Positions 28,305 through 47,940 of a stretch of 64,000 nt of DNA are shown here, one piece after another (the first letter of the stretch is position 1; each line of letters starts with the position of its first letter). The translations under genes and the position numbers were made by a program. Origin of the DNA: the human T2T-CHM13v2.0 reference genome, Homo sapiens; the NCBI RefSeq assembly GCF_009914755.1, contig NC_060928.1; one strand, written 5' to 3'. Under the pieces are notes generated by a model. That model did not search any database. It was given only the letters and a program-made list of their open reading frames with translations, and was not told where the DNA came from.

Positions 28305-28960
28305 ATTAGGCATTGTAGTGTTAACATATCAAGATCATGGACCTATGAATATGTCCCTTGTAGCTCTGTGACTATTGTCAGTGTCCTGAGACAGTAATAT
28401 ATATTTCCTAGGGTTGTCATGAGGATGAATTGTGTTAATGAAAGTATCTGGCAAATGTAGTAAGCTCTAAATAAGTAAGCATTTGCTATTATTGTTAGTC
28501 TTAAACGATGTCGTTCTGTTGATAACTCCTTTATCTTCATGCATTTCATTTTAACCAGCTTCTTCCCATATGTATTTGAATATGCTCAAGTTTTTCCTTT
28601 CTTGAAAAACTCTCAAGAGAAGCAAAATAATTTAGCTGATACCCGTATCTGCCCTGGTTGAGTATGCAAACGCAAACCAAACTTGTTGAATCTGATTCTT
28701 CTCCGCTCATTTATTTTTTAGCTTACTGCATTCTCGATGTCTTCCCCATAATTGAAAGCTTTTTGTGTCTTCCATTTGTTAGAGCAAATTGATCTTGGTT
28801 CTATAGCTTACCAGTTGTATAACTAAGCAATTAACGTAATATCTTCATGCTTCAATTTTCTTGTTAAAATATAGCAAATAATACTTAAGCTATAATAGAG
28901 TATGAGGATTTAGAGGAATAATTAATATAATATCAGCCTCAGAACTGTGCCTGCTACTTT
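28305..28960 (+). mobile_element. Two degraded MIR fragments (about 28305-28495, 28780-28960)
   Basis: cattgtagtggttaac...agggttgtcatgaggatgaatt and cttaccagttgtataac...cttcaattttctt...gtatgaggattt. Confidence 0.55.
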
Positions 28961-29576
28961 CATCTCAAACCTTGTTTTCTAAATTGTCTGAACTTGTGGT
29001 TCCTCAAAACTTGTGCTCTTTTCTTTTTATCTCCAGGTCTTTGCACATTCAAGTCTTTCTCTTACTACCAGGCAGTAAGAATGCAACATCTATGTATTCC
29101 GGCATTGGTAGTTATTCATAGTAGTAGGTCTGTATCATTAAGAAAAGAACCAAAATTAATAGCTAAGTCAGTTAAAACCTCAGATACTGGAAAATACTGA
29201 TGTACCCAGTAACTCATTGTTTAGGAGTTCAGGATTACCAAGGCTTGGTTTTATAACTCGATGTTTCTTCTAGGTCTTTACCTTAATTTTGTGCATGGTG
29301 TAATTTTTATATGATCCTTTTATGGCCTGAGTGATGAATGTTTCACTTTATGTGTTCTTCATTTCCCTTTTAAATTTATTATTTCTAAATAGGAAATAAA
29401 TTACACAAAATTCAAAACTCAAAAGGGTATATGGTTATCTTCCAGTGATTGTCCAAGGAAAAAAAAGGTATATGGTAAAAATTTTTTTTTCCCCATTTTT
29501 CCACCAACAATGAATGAATTACCTGCCTTGGTAGTGGTCAGTGTTACTTCTTTCTTGTGTCTTCCTCCTGAGATAG

Positions 29577-32398
<2,822 letters not shown>

Positions 32399-32649
32399 TT
32401 AATGTTCTTAATTATATACAGCATGTTCTCCAGCTAAAATGTAGTGGGCTTTAATTTTTATAAGTTAATGTACATATAACTTTATATTGTTTTTATATTA
32501 TACATTTTGTATTTATCCTAATTTCTAAAAGGTGAGTACTCCTGTATTTCAGTGAGAAGTTAAACCAATAAGGATTTAGTTTGTATCTTGAAGAAATTTT
32601 GGCCTAGTTTTGTTTTATCCTTGTAGTACATATTGGGGAGGCACCTTTG

Positions 32650-32860
32650 CCTAATGGCTAAGACTTTTAGTTGTAGATAGATAGTGGTTTGAGTCCTGGT
32701 GTTGTCTCATACTAGATCTGTGATCTTTGATTAAGTTTATTTCTTTGAGCCTCAGTTTCCTCATCTATATGTAGGGGTGATACCTTCTTTATGAGGTATT
32801 GTGAGGAATCATGAGTACATGTAGTACTTATTATTCAATAAATTGTGGTAATTATTACAA
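32650..32860 (+). mobile_element. MIR
   Basis: ggtttgagtcctgg...ctagatctgtgatctttg...ctttgagcctcagtttcctcatcta...tgaggtattgtgagga. Confidence 0.8.
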
Positions 32861-33218
32861 TAATAAAATGCCTACATTTTATTTGGTAATATTTTAATGG
32901 AAGACAAGGAAATATGAGAGAGAAGAAAATAGTAAAAGTCAATTTGCTTCTAGCTGATTCAGTATTCCTTAAATGACTGTTCTAATTGTGAAAAATATAT
33001 CATCTGAAGTTAAATAAGTGGGAGATCAGGATATTTGTTACCTTACAGGTGCAAATGATTTTAAAACTTGTGTTCTATGTGGTTAACTTATGGATTTTTT
33101 AGAATCTTAACTGCAAATTAGTTTGCTAATTTCAGGTTTTCAAATTTTTAGGTTCTTAGAAGTATAGCACAGACAGTGAAATAGCTCATAATTTTAATAG
33201 CTCAATTTCTGTTAATAG

Positions 33219-33393
33219 GCACTGAAGGATAGCACAGAAGTAGAAATTGTGGATGAGAAAATGAGAAAAAAGATAGAACCAGAAAAATGGCCAATTCCAG
33301 GCCCTCCTCCACGCAGTGTGCCACCAACAGACTTCTCTCAACTGATTGATTGTCCAGAGTTTGTACCAGGCCAAGCCTTTTGCTCACATACAG
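33219..33393 (+). CDS. LARP1B: LARP1B exon with La-motif end and PAM2-like motif, ALKDSTEVEIVDEKMRKK...TDFSQLIDCPEFVPGQAFCSHT (175 nt)
   Basis: Acceptor ttctgttaatag|GCA, donor CAG|gtaaca, phase 0 to 1; SQLIDCPEFVP matches the LARP1 PAM2 (PABP MLLE-binding) motif. Confidence 0.96.
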
Positions 33394-33482
33394 GTAACAT
33401 CTTTTCTTCTAGAGCAAACGATGTAACAGTGGGTTATTTGGTCCAATTTACTTACTTATTTATTTATTTTCAGTTTATTTAG
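33394..33482 (+). CDS. LARP1B: Intron read-through C-terminus (GNIFSSRANDVTVGYLVQFTYLFIYFQFI*) of a predicted 358-aa LARP1B isoform
   Basis: Frame continues past the weak donor (gtaaca) to TAG ending at 33482, followed by Alu-free UTR-like sequence with AATAAA sites. Confidence 0.6.
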
Positions 33483-34957
33483 ATTTGATAGGAAAATTAA
33501 AGCTAACTGAAAGACTTTTGAGTCCCATTTTGTATTCATATTGCCTCACTCACAGAGTTACAAATTAAATAAGGATTTAAGAATTATGAGGAAAGCTGTC
33601 TTATGTTTCTTGTTCTTAAATTATATGTGTACTTTGTCATGTATGGAGTTTCTATCTTTTATTTTTACTAAATAACTATAGATATGTATCGTTTTCCCCT
33701 GTAAAATTGGAATAGTATGATTGGATTATTCTAAAAAGGTCTTATACTCAAGAGTGGGGTAGTCTTCCTTTAATTTTGTTACCAATACGCTTTAATCTTG
33801 TCTTGGAAAGATAAAATGACCTGCATTCTAAATTAGAATTGGGGTTCTGTTTAATTTGGTTGTGTTTAGAATTTCCAAAAGATTTAATGTTAATAATTTT
33901 TTCCTGGATCATTTTTAAGACATTCCCTCTTGGGAAAAAATGTGTGCTTAAACTTTTTTCAGTCAGGGTGATGATCTTCTGAAGCTCTTGGATGTCATTT
34001 GATCGGAATATGCAGTGGAATAGGTGACTCACTGAAATGCCTTTATAAATACTGGAACAAATCCTGCTGCAAAAATGAAAGCGATCAGACTGTCTTCTGT
34101 TCAAGAATGTCTATTCCCACCTCTTGGTGGAGGAAGTTGGGCCAACACTGCAGTGGAGATAACCACCTTTGCGATAATGAGAGACAGACCAGAGGACTGC
34201 TACTCTTTTTATAGGAGCTGCCTATTTCTGTGTAATTGGCCTGGGCTGCATGGGCTGCTTTTATTCATGGTGGGAAAGTTAATTATTATTATTCTGGAAA
34301 TACCGCAAGATTATGTTTTCTGTTTCCAGGGTTATGTACTTGTGTCCAGATGAATAAAGCAGAAAAAGAGGGGATTGAGTAGCATTTCCCAGATTCTTAA
34401 GTACTTTGCTATTCGATTTGCCTTTCAGTGTAGTGTACATTGTAAAACTCAGATATTGTCATGATGTTTCACTTGGACATAAGACTTATTAATGTGGTCA
34501 CTTAAGGGGTAAGGAATTTAAGAACTGGATGAGGTTATTTCTTCCTTTACTCTTCAAAATGTATTTTTGATACATCAGTATGAGAGGACGTCCCATCAAC
34601 AAAGCATCGATGATGGACAGTCTCACACTATTTTTATCATATGTTTCTTTGTCAGCCTTCTGCTTCTAATCCCAGTAAGCAACTTGGACAGGCATTTTAA
34701 AAGCTGAAGAAAAGTGACATTATTTTAGCTAGTGGTTTTTAATTTATTTTTTGTTAAGATATAATGGGTGATTATATAAGTTAGATTTATTTATGATATC
34801 AACTTGGGTCCAAGATGATAGTTTTAGCTAGCTTATGAACATTGGGTTCACAAGGCATTGGGTAAGTTAGATAAAATAGCATATACTTTCTCTGCAGGGT
34901 AGGTAAGATAGGTCAGTCAAGTTGGTAATGCCTGTCCATTAACCATTTATGCATACT

Positions 34958-35007
34958 AATAAAATTATAAGAATAAAATCATAATGTTGTACATTTTTGT
35001 GTTTTTT
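34958..35007 (+). terminator. Candidate intronic polyadenylation site (tandem AATAAA with downstream GU/U-rich element)
   Basis: AATAAA at 34958-34963 and 34972-34977, followed by tgttgtacatttttgtgtttttt; a further AATAAA at 34353-34358. Confidence 0.5.
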
Positions 35008-36003
35008 AATATACACTCAGATGCATGCACATACATATTGTCTGAAACAAGCCAGTATATATTAAAATGTCATAAATTTTAGGTTATTTAGATTACATAT
35101 CAGAAACTAGATGGTTAATGAAGAAATATAGGAAGATGGAGGGTTCTTAGAATTATGCTGATTCACATTAGGTCATAGGAATAAATATGTAAATCACCTC
35201 TTTCCATGAATTCCCAAATTTCTGACCTTAATAATTTCCTAGTGATAAGAAAGCCTAGTTTCTTTAAGTCAATGGAGAGTAGTATGTCACCAAAAATTTG
35301 AAGTGGAAATAGAGATAAGAAGCATAGACTGTGCTTATATGTATCTATGAGTAGAGAAAAGTAGTGAAACTGTATATCATTTTAATCTCAAATTTGAAGA
35401 CCTTAAAATTTTAACAACATAACTCTTTATGATTTCTGAGGGATTTGTATGGTAAAATATTCTAACATAATTGGTCTTCTTCATCAAAGAGATTAAAATT
35501 TCTATTTTTTTTCCTATCTGGAGGTTGAATTTTCTAATAGGGGTTGAACTGAGCAGAAGTCTACCTTTATGCACCAGAAAACATTGATTATGGGAATGGT
35601 AAGATTACTTCTGAAACATAGGTTTTGCAGTTTTATGGATATTGTTAGTATTTTACTATTAACTCTTAAATGAAAGGATTTCATTCATCAGAATTGAAAG
35701 GTCAGGTACCTGACAATGTTGGGTTTTTTTCTTTTTTTAAATTTTAATAATCTTCACAAGGGCACTGTAATGTAGTGTTTTTCTTTCTTTTCTTTTTTTT
35801 TTCCCCTTGACTCTTAGCACCACTCAATGAAAATTTTAAAAAGTGCCACACATAAAATATATAATCCTTTTTTCAGGAAACCTTTTTAATTACCCAGAAC
35901 TGTGATCCTCCCAAGGTACAAAAAAAAAATCATACCAGAGATGAAATGTATATGGTGATTTATCTTTGGAGAGTTCAGTTGATATTTTTTTTGTTGTTGT
36001 TGA

Positions 36004-36111
<108 letters not shown>

Positions 36112-36508
36112 TAGCTGAGATTACAGGTGTGTGCCACCACGCTTGGCTTATTTTTGTATTTTTAGTAGAGATGGAGTTTCACCATGTTGGTCAGGCTTGT
36201 CTCGAACTCCTGACCTTGTGATCAGCCCACCTCGGCCTCCTAAAATGGGATTACAGGCGTGAGCCACTGTGCCCGGCCACTGATAATTTTCAGTTAATAA
36301 AAGCAGCAAAGATAAATTTTCTGTGTTCTTACAAATTAAAACAAGTATTAAATATATGTATCTAAATTTTTTTTGTTTCTAAGTAGTTTAATATCAGGTA
36401 ATCTAAGTCATTTAAACTCATTTTGTCTTGGAAGATTAGGGTTTACTATTACCCTTAATCCGTTCAGATGTATAGTTTGAAGTCTTTTCATTATTAAAAA
36501 AAAAAAGA

Positions 36509-36876
<368 letters not shown>

Positions 36877-37093
36877 CTAAGAATTGTACGTTTTCTTGTC
36901 TTACCCAAATTCTTTAGTGTTTTAATGTCATTTCATTTCTAAGCATATGTGTTGGCGAATATATTGAAATACTTTACTTCCCAGTAGAAGTATTTAAGCA
37001 TAATTCAAGCTTAAATAACATTTAGAGATAATTTTATAAGAAGCATCTGAGTGTGGGGGTGTACACCTGTAGCCCAGCTACTTGGGAGGTTAA

Positions 37094-37399
<306 letters not shown>

Positions 37400-38286
37400 T
37401 GATCACCTGTCTCGGCCCCCCAAAGTGCTGGGATTATAGGCATGAGCCACCAAGCCCAGCTCTTCATCTACTTTTAAGGCTTTATTTAATATGAACATTG
37501 ATAATTCATAGTATTAGAAATAGAGTTCTCTGGGCCAGGTGCAGTAGCTCATGCCTATAATCGCAGCGCTTTAGAGATTGAGGTGAGAGGATTGCTTGAG
37601 GCCAGGAGTTCAAGGCCAGCCTGGGTAACAAAGTGAGACCCAGTCTACAAAATACATGTATTTTTATGTTGACTGGGTGTGGTGGTGTGCATGTGTAGTA
37701 CTAGTTATTCAGCAGGCTGAGTTGAGAGGATTACTTGAGCGCAGGAGTTTGAGGCTGTAGTGAGCTATGATCATGGCACTGTACAGCTGTAAGGGGCCCT
37801 GTCTCTTTTTTTTGTTTTGTTTTTGAGACAAAGTCTTGTTCTTGTCCCCCAGGCTGGAGTGCAGTGGCTCACTGCAACCTCCGCCTCCTGGGTTCAAGTG
37901 ATTTTCCTGCCTCATCCTCCCAAGTAGCTGGGATTACAGGTGCCTACCACCACGCCTGGCTAATTTTTGTATTTTTTTTTTTTTTAGTAGAGACGGGGTT
38001 TCACCAGTTGGCCAGGCTGGTCTTGAACTCCTGACCTCAGATGATCTGCCTGCCTCGGCCTCCCAAAGTGCTGGGATTATAGGCATGAGCCACTGTGCCC
38101 ATCCTCTGTCTCTTAAAAAAAGTTTCATGTATGGTTCATTAAAAAGAAAAAAAAAAGTGTTCTCTGGAGTTAATATTTTTCCCATTCCTATAACTAGACA
38201 ATTAATGTTCATCCAAAGCTTGTATTTCACTTGTACTTTTTTTGTGAATGAATTGGTGATATATGTAGTGTTAATAAAGTTACAGA

Positions 38287-38913
<627 letters not shown>

Positions 38914-39920
38914 TTCTAGAGCTTTTCCTGTTATGAAACAATATATAGTCTTTTATAAATAATACAGTAATCTAGTAGTTGAGTCCTGGTTGAGTCCATG
39001 TGTCCAAGGGGAAGATATTAAAGCTATCTGATTTTACTCTCATCTATGTCTAGCATGTAGATGAATGTAAAATCTTGAAATACTCTTCTTAAACCCATTC
39101 TTGAAATGTGCCTTTCATTTAGTAAATATTAAACAAAAGATTGCTGGTGTTAATTTATTTCAGCTTTCTGCATTTAACATTTAACTTCTCAATATTTTCA
39201 GTGAATTGACTTAGAGGAGTTAATGATGTTAAGAATTTTATGGTATACATTTTTGAAAAATAAATTTTATTGTGTATATTTGAGGCTTACAACATAATGT
39301 TACAGAGTACATTTTTTGAAGACACCTTGTGTTCAAAGCAAGTTCATATTGCATCTTCAGATCTAAACATGAATATAACTTAAAATATTTAAATATTCTT
39401 TGACTTTTGAAAAAATATTTATAAAAGAAGCCATTTGATTTTTTTTCTTTTTCTTTTCTTTTTTTCTTTTTTTTTTTTTTTGAGACAGAGAGTTGCTCTG
39501 TCGCCCAGGCTGGAGCGCAGATCTTAGCTCACTGCAACCTCTGCCTTGCGGATTCAAGCAATTCTCTGCCTCATCCTCCTGAGTAGTGGGAATTACAGGT
39601 GCTCACCACCAGGCCTGGCTAATTTTTTTGTATTTTTAGTAGACACGGAGTTTCACCATCTTGGCCAGGCTGGTCTTGAACTCCTGACCTTGTGATCCAC
39701 CCGCCTCAGCCTCCCAAACTGCTGGGATTGTAGGTGTGAGCCACTGCGCCTGGCTGCAATTTGAATTTTATCATTTTGATTAAAAATAAACCTACAGAAG
39801 TGTACTGTATAGAAAGACCTTTTAAGTTCCAACAATTTTTAAATGCTTTTAATGTTATTGCCAGGGCTGTGTGCGTTAGTGATGTGACATTTACTCTTTT
39901 TTTTTTTTTTTTTTTTTTGA

Positions 39921-40025
<105 letters not shown>

Positions 40026-40684
40026 TGAGTAGCTGGGATTACAGGCATGTGCCACCACGCCCGGCTAATTTTGTATTTTTAGTAGAGATAGGGTTTCTCC
40101 GTGTTGGTCAGGCCAGTCGACACTTCACTCTTTAAAGTATTTCAGTATGAGCCAAAGTAGTAAATGACTACACTGCATTTATTGCAGTAGACAAACCTTG
40201 CTGAGCCAAGGAAATGTGAAAAGTAGGAGTAATAATGGCTTTAGTATAGACCCTAGTAGAACAAGAGACTAATTTTACCTTGAATAAGATGTGCATTTAG
40301 CTTAACTATGGCTTAATAGCAACTGAGATGCCATAATTTCCTTATAATTTATAGATTTTAATCTAAGATTTTTCAGAGAACTTGACTTCCTAATAGTTGT
40401 ACTGTCATAATTAGGAAGTGACTCACATTGATATTTTTGAGAAGTTTACATGAATGTAGTGGTCTGTGTAAGACTTGGTGACATGCTTTAATTATTCAGT
40501 GGCTTCACTTTTGAGTAAATCTTATGAGCCCTTCAGGTTTGAAAATCACTGGAAAGCTTACAGTTGAGACTGATCATGTTTTTGTGAAAAAATATCAAGC
40601 CCCAGTTAAGGAAAAAATGAAGTGTATTTTGTAAGTAAGAAAAGCCATTATCATTTTAACTATAGAACTAACTTAAAATTTTAG

Positions 40685-40857
40685 AGTCTGCCCCAAATTC
40701 TCCAAGAATTGGAAGCCCATTGAGCCCAAAGAAAAACAGTGAAACAAGTATTCTTCAAGCAATGTCTAGAGGTTTGTCTACCAGTTTGCCTGACTTGGAC
40801 TCAGAACCTTGGATAGAAGTTAAAAAAAGACATCAGCCAGCCCCAGTGAAATTGAGG
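40685..40857 (+). CDS. LARP1B: LARP1B coding exon, (E)SAPNSPRIGSPLSPKK...GLSTSLPDLDSEPWIEVKKRHQPAPVKLR (173 nt)
   Basis: Acceptor actaacttaaaattttag|AG, donor AGG|gtaagt, phase 1 to 0; GLS.SLPDLDSE.WIEVKKR is conserved with LARP1. Confidence 0.95.
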
Positions 40858-41029
40858 GTAAGTTGTTACAGACTGAGTGAAGTGTGACATACCCTGGGTG
40901 GAGTATAAGGTCAGTGCACTTTATGTTTGTTAGGTACATATGTAAAATTTGGAAAAGTTTAGCACAATTTTAACTTTGTAATTGTTGGCCTTCAGTAGAC
41001 ACTTATGGGTTATTCTATGAGGAAAATAA

Positions 41030-41180
<151 letters not shown>

Positions 41181-42189
41181 TAGCTGGGATTATAGGCGCG
41201 AGCCACCATGCCCAGCTAATTTTTGTATTTGTAGTAGAGACGGGGTTTCACCATGTTGGTCAGGCTGGTCTTGAACTCCTGACCTCATGATCCGCCCGCC
41301 TCGTCCTCCCAAAGTGCTGGGATTAGAGGCATGAGCCACTGCACCCGGCCTTAAAGTATATTTTTTATTTCTGAACATGATTTAAGAATTTTGGAGGCTG
41401 GGCACAGTGGCTCATTCCTGTAATCACAACACTTCGGGAGGCCAAGGCAGGAAGATTGCTTGAGCGCAGGAGTTCGGGGCCCCCTGGGCAACATAGGGTG
41501 ACCCTGTCTCTACAAATAATTCATAAAGTTAGCTAATGCTAATTTTTTGGTGGAATGTGCCTGTGGTCTCAGCTACTCAGGAGGCTGAGACAGGAGGAAC
41601 ACTTGAGCTCAGGAGGTCAAGACTGCAGTGAGCCATGATCACACCACTGCACTCCAGGGAGGGTGACAAAGTGAGACCCTGTCTCAAAAAAAAGAATTTT
41701 GTCTTGGTTTTTCTACTTGTGACTAATTTTAACTTGAATAATATTTCAGTTTTTTATGAAGTTGAAAAAATATGACTTTTATTTTTTGAGACAGAGTCTC
41801 GCTCTGTCGCCCAGGCTGGGGTGCTGTTGCTGCCATGTTGGCTCACTGCAGCCTTTGCCTGCTGGGTTCGAGAGAGTCTTGTGCCTCAGCCACCTGACTT
41901 ACTGGGATTACAGGGTCACTCCACCATGCCCAACTATTTTTTTGTGTGTTTCTGGTAGAGACGGGATTACACCATATTGTCCAGGCTGGTCTCAAACTCC
42001 TGTCCTCAAATAATTTGGCTGCCTTGGCCTCCCAGAGTGCTAGGATTACAGGCGTGAGCCTCTGCGGCCTGGCCAGAAAATGTATAAATTTTGAAGTTAC
42101 ACTCATGTTAATTATTTATAAGGTTTATATAAGTGTTGGTGATTTATATATCTGGTTTATATATGTTTTGGTGATTTAATGTGCAAAAG

Positions 42190-42550
42190 GAAAAGAAAAT
42201 TGAATTTTTGGTGGAGGGTACATAAGAGAGTGAGATGGTTATATTTATAAAAAGAGAAATAGGAGATCCTTGTGGTGGTACTGCTCTGCATTTTTCACTG
42301 GTGGTAGATACACGAACTTACATATGTGATAGGATTGCTTTGATCTAAATCACAAATGAGTGCAAGTAAAACTGGGGAAGTATAAGCTAAGATTGATTTA
42401 TATCAAAGTCAATACCTTGTTTGGGATGTTGTAGTATATTTTTGTGAGATGTTAACATTGGGGGAAACCAGGATATATGAGATCTCTATTATTTCTTACA
42501 ACTGTATCTGAATGTATAATTATTTCAAAGTAAAAGTTCACTAAAAATAA
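42190..42550 (+). mobile_element. Old L1 (L1MC/MD-type) 3' end
   Basis: ggagatccttgtggtg...caaatgagtgcaagtaaaactgggga...gatgttaacattgggggaaac...tattatttcttacaactg. Confidence 0.75.
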
Positions 42551-43018
42551 ACTTGGGGAGAATGCCACTCAAAAGATTCAAATATTGAAAGTAAGCTCTC
42601 TAAAGGGGATGGAAGGTATTGAGAGGATTGTGATGTGGAGGACCAGCAAATTGGTTCTGGTAGCTGGTTTTAAAAGTATAAGGAGAACTGTGTAGTTTTA
42701 TGGCCAAACAATGCCAGTATATCTGAAATGTATGGTATTCTGATGCTACAGACTGAGGATCTGGCCTGGAGGAAACATGGCTTTAGGTTCTGGGGGCCTA
42801 GATATTTCAGAGATAACTGTTGAGGTAGCTCAGTTATTGACATTATTTTTAATATACTTTTAAAAAAGTGATCTTTTAAAAACATTCTAGAGTGGGTATA
42901 CAGATCTTTGTTGGGCATCATTTTTCTTTGGAATTCTAAAAGCATTTTTCTTTTGTCATCTTGGTTTCTTTTGTCATCTTATGAAAGTCAGTCCATTCAC
43001 ATTCTTTTTATCAAGTGA

Positions 43019-43231
<213 letters not shown>

Positions 43232-43728
43232 TAGCCAGGATCTCCTGACCTCCTGATCCGCCTGCCTTAGCCTCCCAAAGTGCTGGGATTATAGGGATGA
43301 GCTGCCATGCCCGGCCTGAGATTTTTTTTTTTTTTTGAGACAGAGTCTTGCTCTTGTTGCCCAGGCTGCAGTGGAGTGCAATGGTGTGATCTTAGCTCAC
43401 TGCAACCTTCACCTCCTGGGTTCAAGAGATTCTCCTGCCTCAGATTCGTGAGTAGCTGGGATTACAGGCACCTGCTACTACACCCGGCTAATTTTTGCAT
43501 TTATCTATTTATTTTTTTCAGACAGAATCTCACTCTTTTGCCCAAGCTGGAGTACAGTGGCGTGATCTCGGCTCTGTACAACTTTCCCCTCCCGGGTTCA
43601 AGCGATTCTCCTGCCTCAGCCTCCAGAGTAGATGGGATTAAAGGCACAGGCCACCACACCCAGCTAATTTTTATGTTTTTAGTAGACGGGGTTTCACCAT
43701 GTTGGCCAGGCTGTTCTCGAACTCCTGA

Positions 43729-44587
<859 letters not shown>

Positions 44588-45011
44588 TGATCCGCCCGCC
44601 TCAGCCTCCCAAAGTGCTGGGATTACAGGCGTGAGTCACCGCGCCCTGCTCTGTCTGGTCTATTTTTATGCATTGTGCTGAGTATTCATGTCCTTCATTT
44701 GGGAGAAACTAATGTTTCTCTTATTTCCACTTTCTGGTATCTGTTTTCATCTGATGTTGGACCTCCTTGATAGATCATCTAAATACTGGGCCTTGGGTGT
44801 TTAAAAAAAGTTCTCTTCTGATATTTTCATTATTTCCATCATTGTTTTGGTTGCTTTTTGAATGCTTTCTTAATATCTGGCGATTTTTGGTTGATAGTTC
44901 ATATTAATATTAGTAAATATGCATGGTTTTCTTGTTTGATCTAATCTGCTCATCTAGTGGGCTGTTTTGTTTAATGTGAGGTATGATTCCACAGTCTTTT
45001 TTTTTTTTTGA

Positions 45012-45315
<304 letters not shown>

Positions 45316-46189
45316 TAAGTGAAAACGTCCTATGGACTTGGACACCTAGGCAGAGAATAGGGATGCTGGCTCTTTTTCTCCAAAATTGCTAAAACAAAAA
45401 AAGCAGTACTTTTCTCTGGGATGTAGAATTTCTTAGTGTATCTCATTCATTGGTGAAATTACCTTTTCTTTTCCTCCCCCCAGCTCTATTTTAGAGGTTC
45501 AGAATAATGCTAGGATGTGTTCAACTTCTGTTCAGCCCCAGTACACAAAACATGAGCCCTCTCTTGTCAAATCTTATTTTGTTTAGAAAGTAATTCTTGG
45601 GCTTTTAGTTGGGAGCGATCTTTATATAGTTTTATATTCTGAGATAAAGGGATTGGATTGACTGTTCCAGCTGTGTTCTATAGTTGGTTTTCCAAATACC
45701 TATTTTGATTGCCATCCAATAGTCCATTCCTACTCCTTGTAACTGCCATCTCAAAACTTTCTAGAACCCTGGCGGGATCAATGGCTTTTGCTTCCCCTTT
45801 AACCTTTGTATCAGTTCTAGGTTGCTGTTTTCTCTGCTTTTGTTTATTATCAATACAATCCCATTTATTTTCTGCTTTCCCGAAAGTCATAAAAGTCTTT
45901 GATCTTCTGATAGTAATACTTGTTTTCAGTATTGATGTGGATTTATTGTTTTTATTCTTTGCACTGTGTATTATTACTGCAAATAAGCATGCAAACTTAA
46001 GTCATCTTCAACCCCTAATCTCTTAATAATGGTCTTTTCCTCAGAAATTACAAAAACAAATTTAACAGTTTGTTTATTCTCTTAGACTTTTATCATGTAC
46101 CTGCAAATGTGAAAAGCAATGTATATTGTTTAAAATATATCATCAGTATTTTAAAAAATATATATTCACAGTGTTTTACAACTTGTCTT

Positions 46190-46340
46190 TTTTTAGTAAA
46201 AACATCTTGGGTAGTCTTCTGTTTACTAGAATGTGAGCTCCATCAGGGCATAGTTGTTGTTAAATTTATTGCTGTCTGTCCCTGCCTAGAACAGTGCCTG
46301 GCTCAGAGGAAGCACTCAGATAGTTATCGACTAAATGAAT
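46190..46340 (+). mobile_element. L2 3' end
   Basis: ctagaatgtgagctccatcagggca...cctagaacagtgcctggctcagagg...cactca...aatgaat. Confidence 0.8.
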
Positions 46341-46563
46341 ATGGATCTACATTATTGGGAATTTTGAAAGGGAGGAATTGTTTTTTTCCTAGACATAGGA
46401 AGTTAGCATGAACTGAAGGGTAAAATAGGCCAGAGGACGAAAAATGAATGTAACACCAAGTAGAAACTACTTCCTTCTGTTGGGAGTTTTAAACTAGTTT
46501 ACATGTTATAAGATCTAGGATCTAAAAGCTTAGACTTTTAATGTAAACCAACAACTGTTTTAA

Positions 46564-46716
<153 letters not shown>

Positions 46717-46868
46717 TAGGACTACAGGTGTGTGCCACTATACCTGGGTAATTTTTGCATTTTTAGTAGAGATGGGGTCTCACCATGTTGGCCAGGCAGG
46801 TCTTGAACTCCTGGCCTCAGGTGATCTGCCCATCTTGGCCTCCCAAAGTGTTGGGATTACAGATGTGA

Positions 46869-47160
<292 letters not shown>

Positions 47161-47940
47161 TGATCCACCCGCCTCAGCGTCCCAAAGTGCTGGGATTATA
47201 GGTGTGAGCCACTGCACCTGGCCTGAGGGGTAGACATTTTAACATTTGCTGAATATTAGCATGAATTTGACATGAAAACTGGGCCATGTAGAATGGGGAT
47301 GAGGATAGAGTAGAGGGATTAGCTCAGAAACTATGTTATTATCATTGTGAGGTAAAAAGGTTCGGAATAGGGAAGACCATTGACTCTGAAAATCAGAAGA
47401 CCTTGATTCTATCTATCTGTCTATCTATCTATCTATCTATTTATTTTTTGAGACAGAGTTTCGCTCTTGTCGCCCAGGCTCTAGCGCAATGGCGCGATCT
47501 TGGCTCACTGCAACCTCCCTGCCTCCCAGGTTCAAACGATTCTCCTGCCTCAGCCTCCCGAGTAGCTGGGAATACAGCAATCCACAACCAGATAATTGGT
47601 TCTGTTTATAATTATGAAATCATAGGCAAATACTTTCATATCTCTAGGCCTTTGTTTTAATCAGTAAAATGAATCAGTGCAATGTAATGGATGATTAAGA
47701 CTATTCCAACTCTAAAAGAGTCTTTAATGTAATCCTTTCTTTATTCAACTTTGTGTTTTTCTTTAGTCTTAAATTTACTGGGCCAAAATAATACTCACTT
47801 GATTTTCTTTTACAGTTTGGCTGTTAAACTAGCAATTGAGCATAAAAGCTTGATATTACTTACTTGTAACACTGTTTTATGACATTTAATTTAAAAATGA
47901 TAGAAAGTTTTTTATATAAATTACCAATTTCTTCCTTCAG

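Noticed and set aside
40145-40210. Possible intronic box C/D snoRNA (atgacta ... small hairpin ... ctga)
   Set aside because: No proper RUGAUGA box C, no terminal stem and no recognisable guide; an Rfam/snoscan search would be needed.
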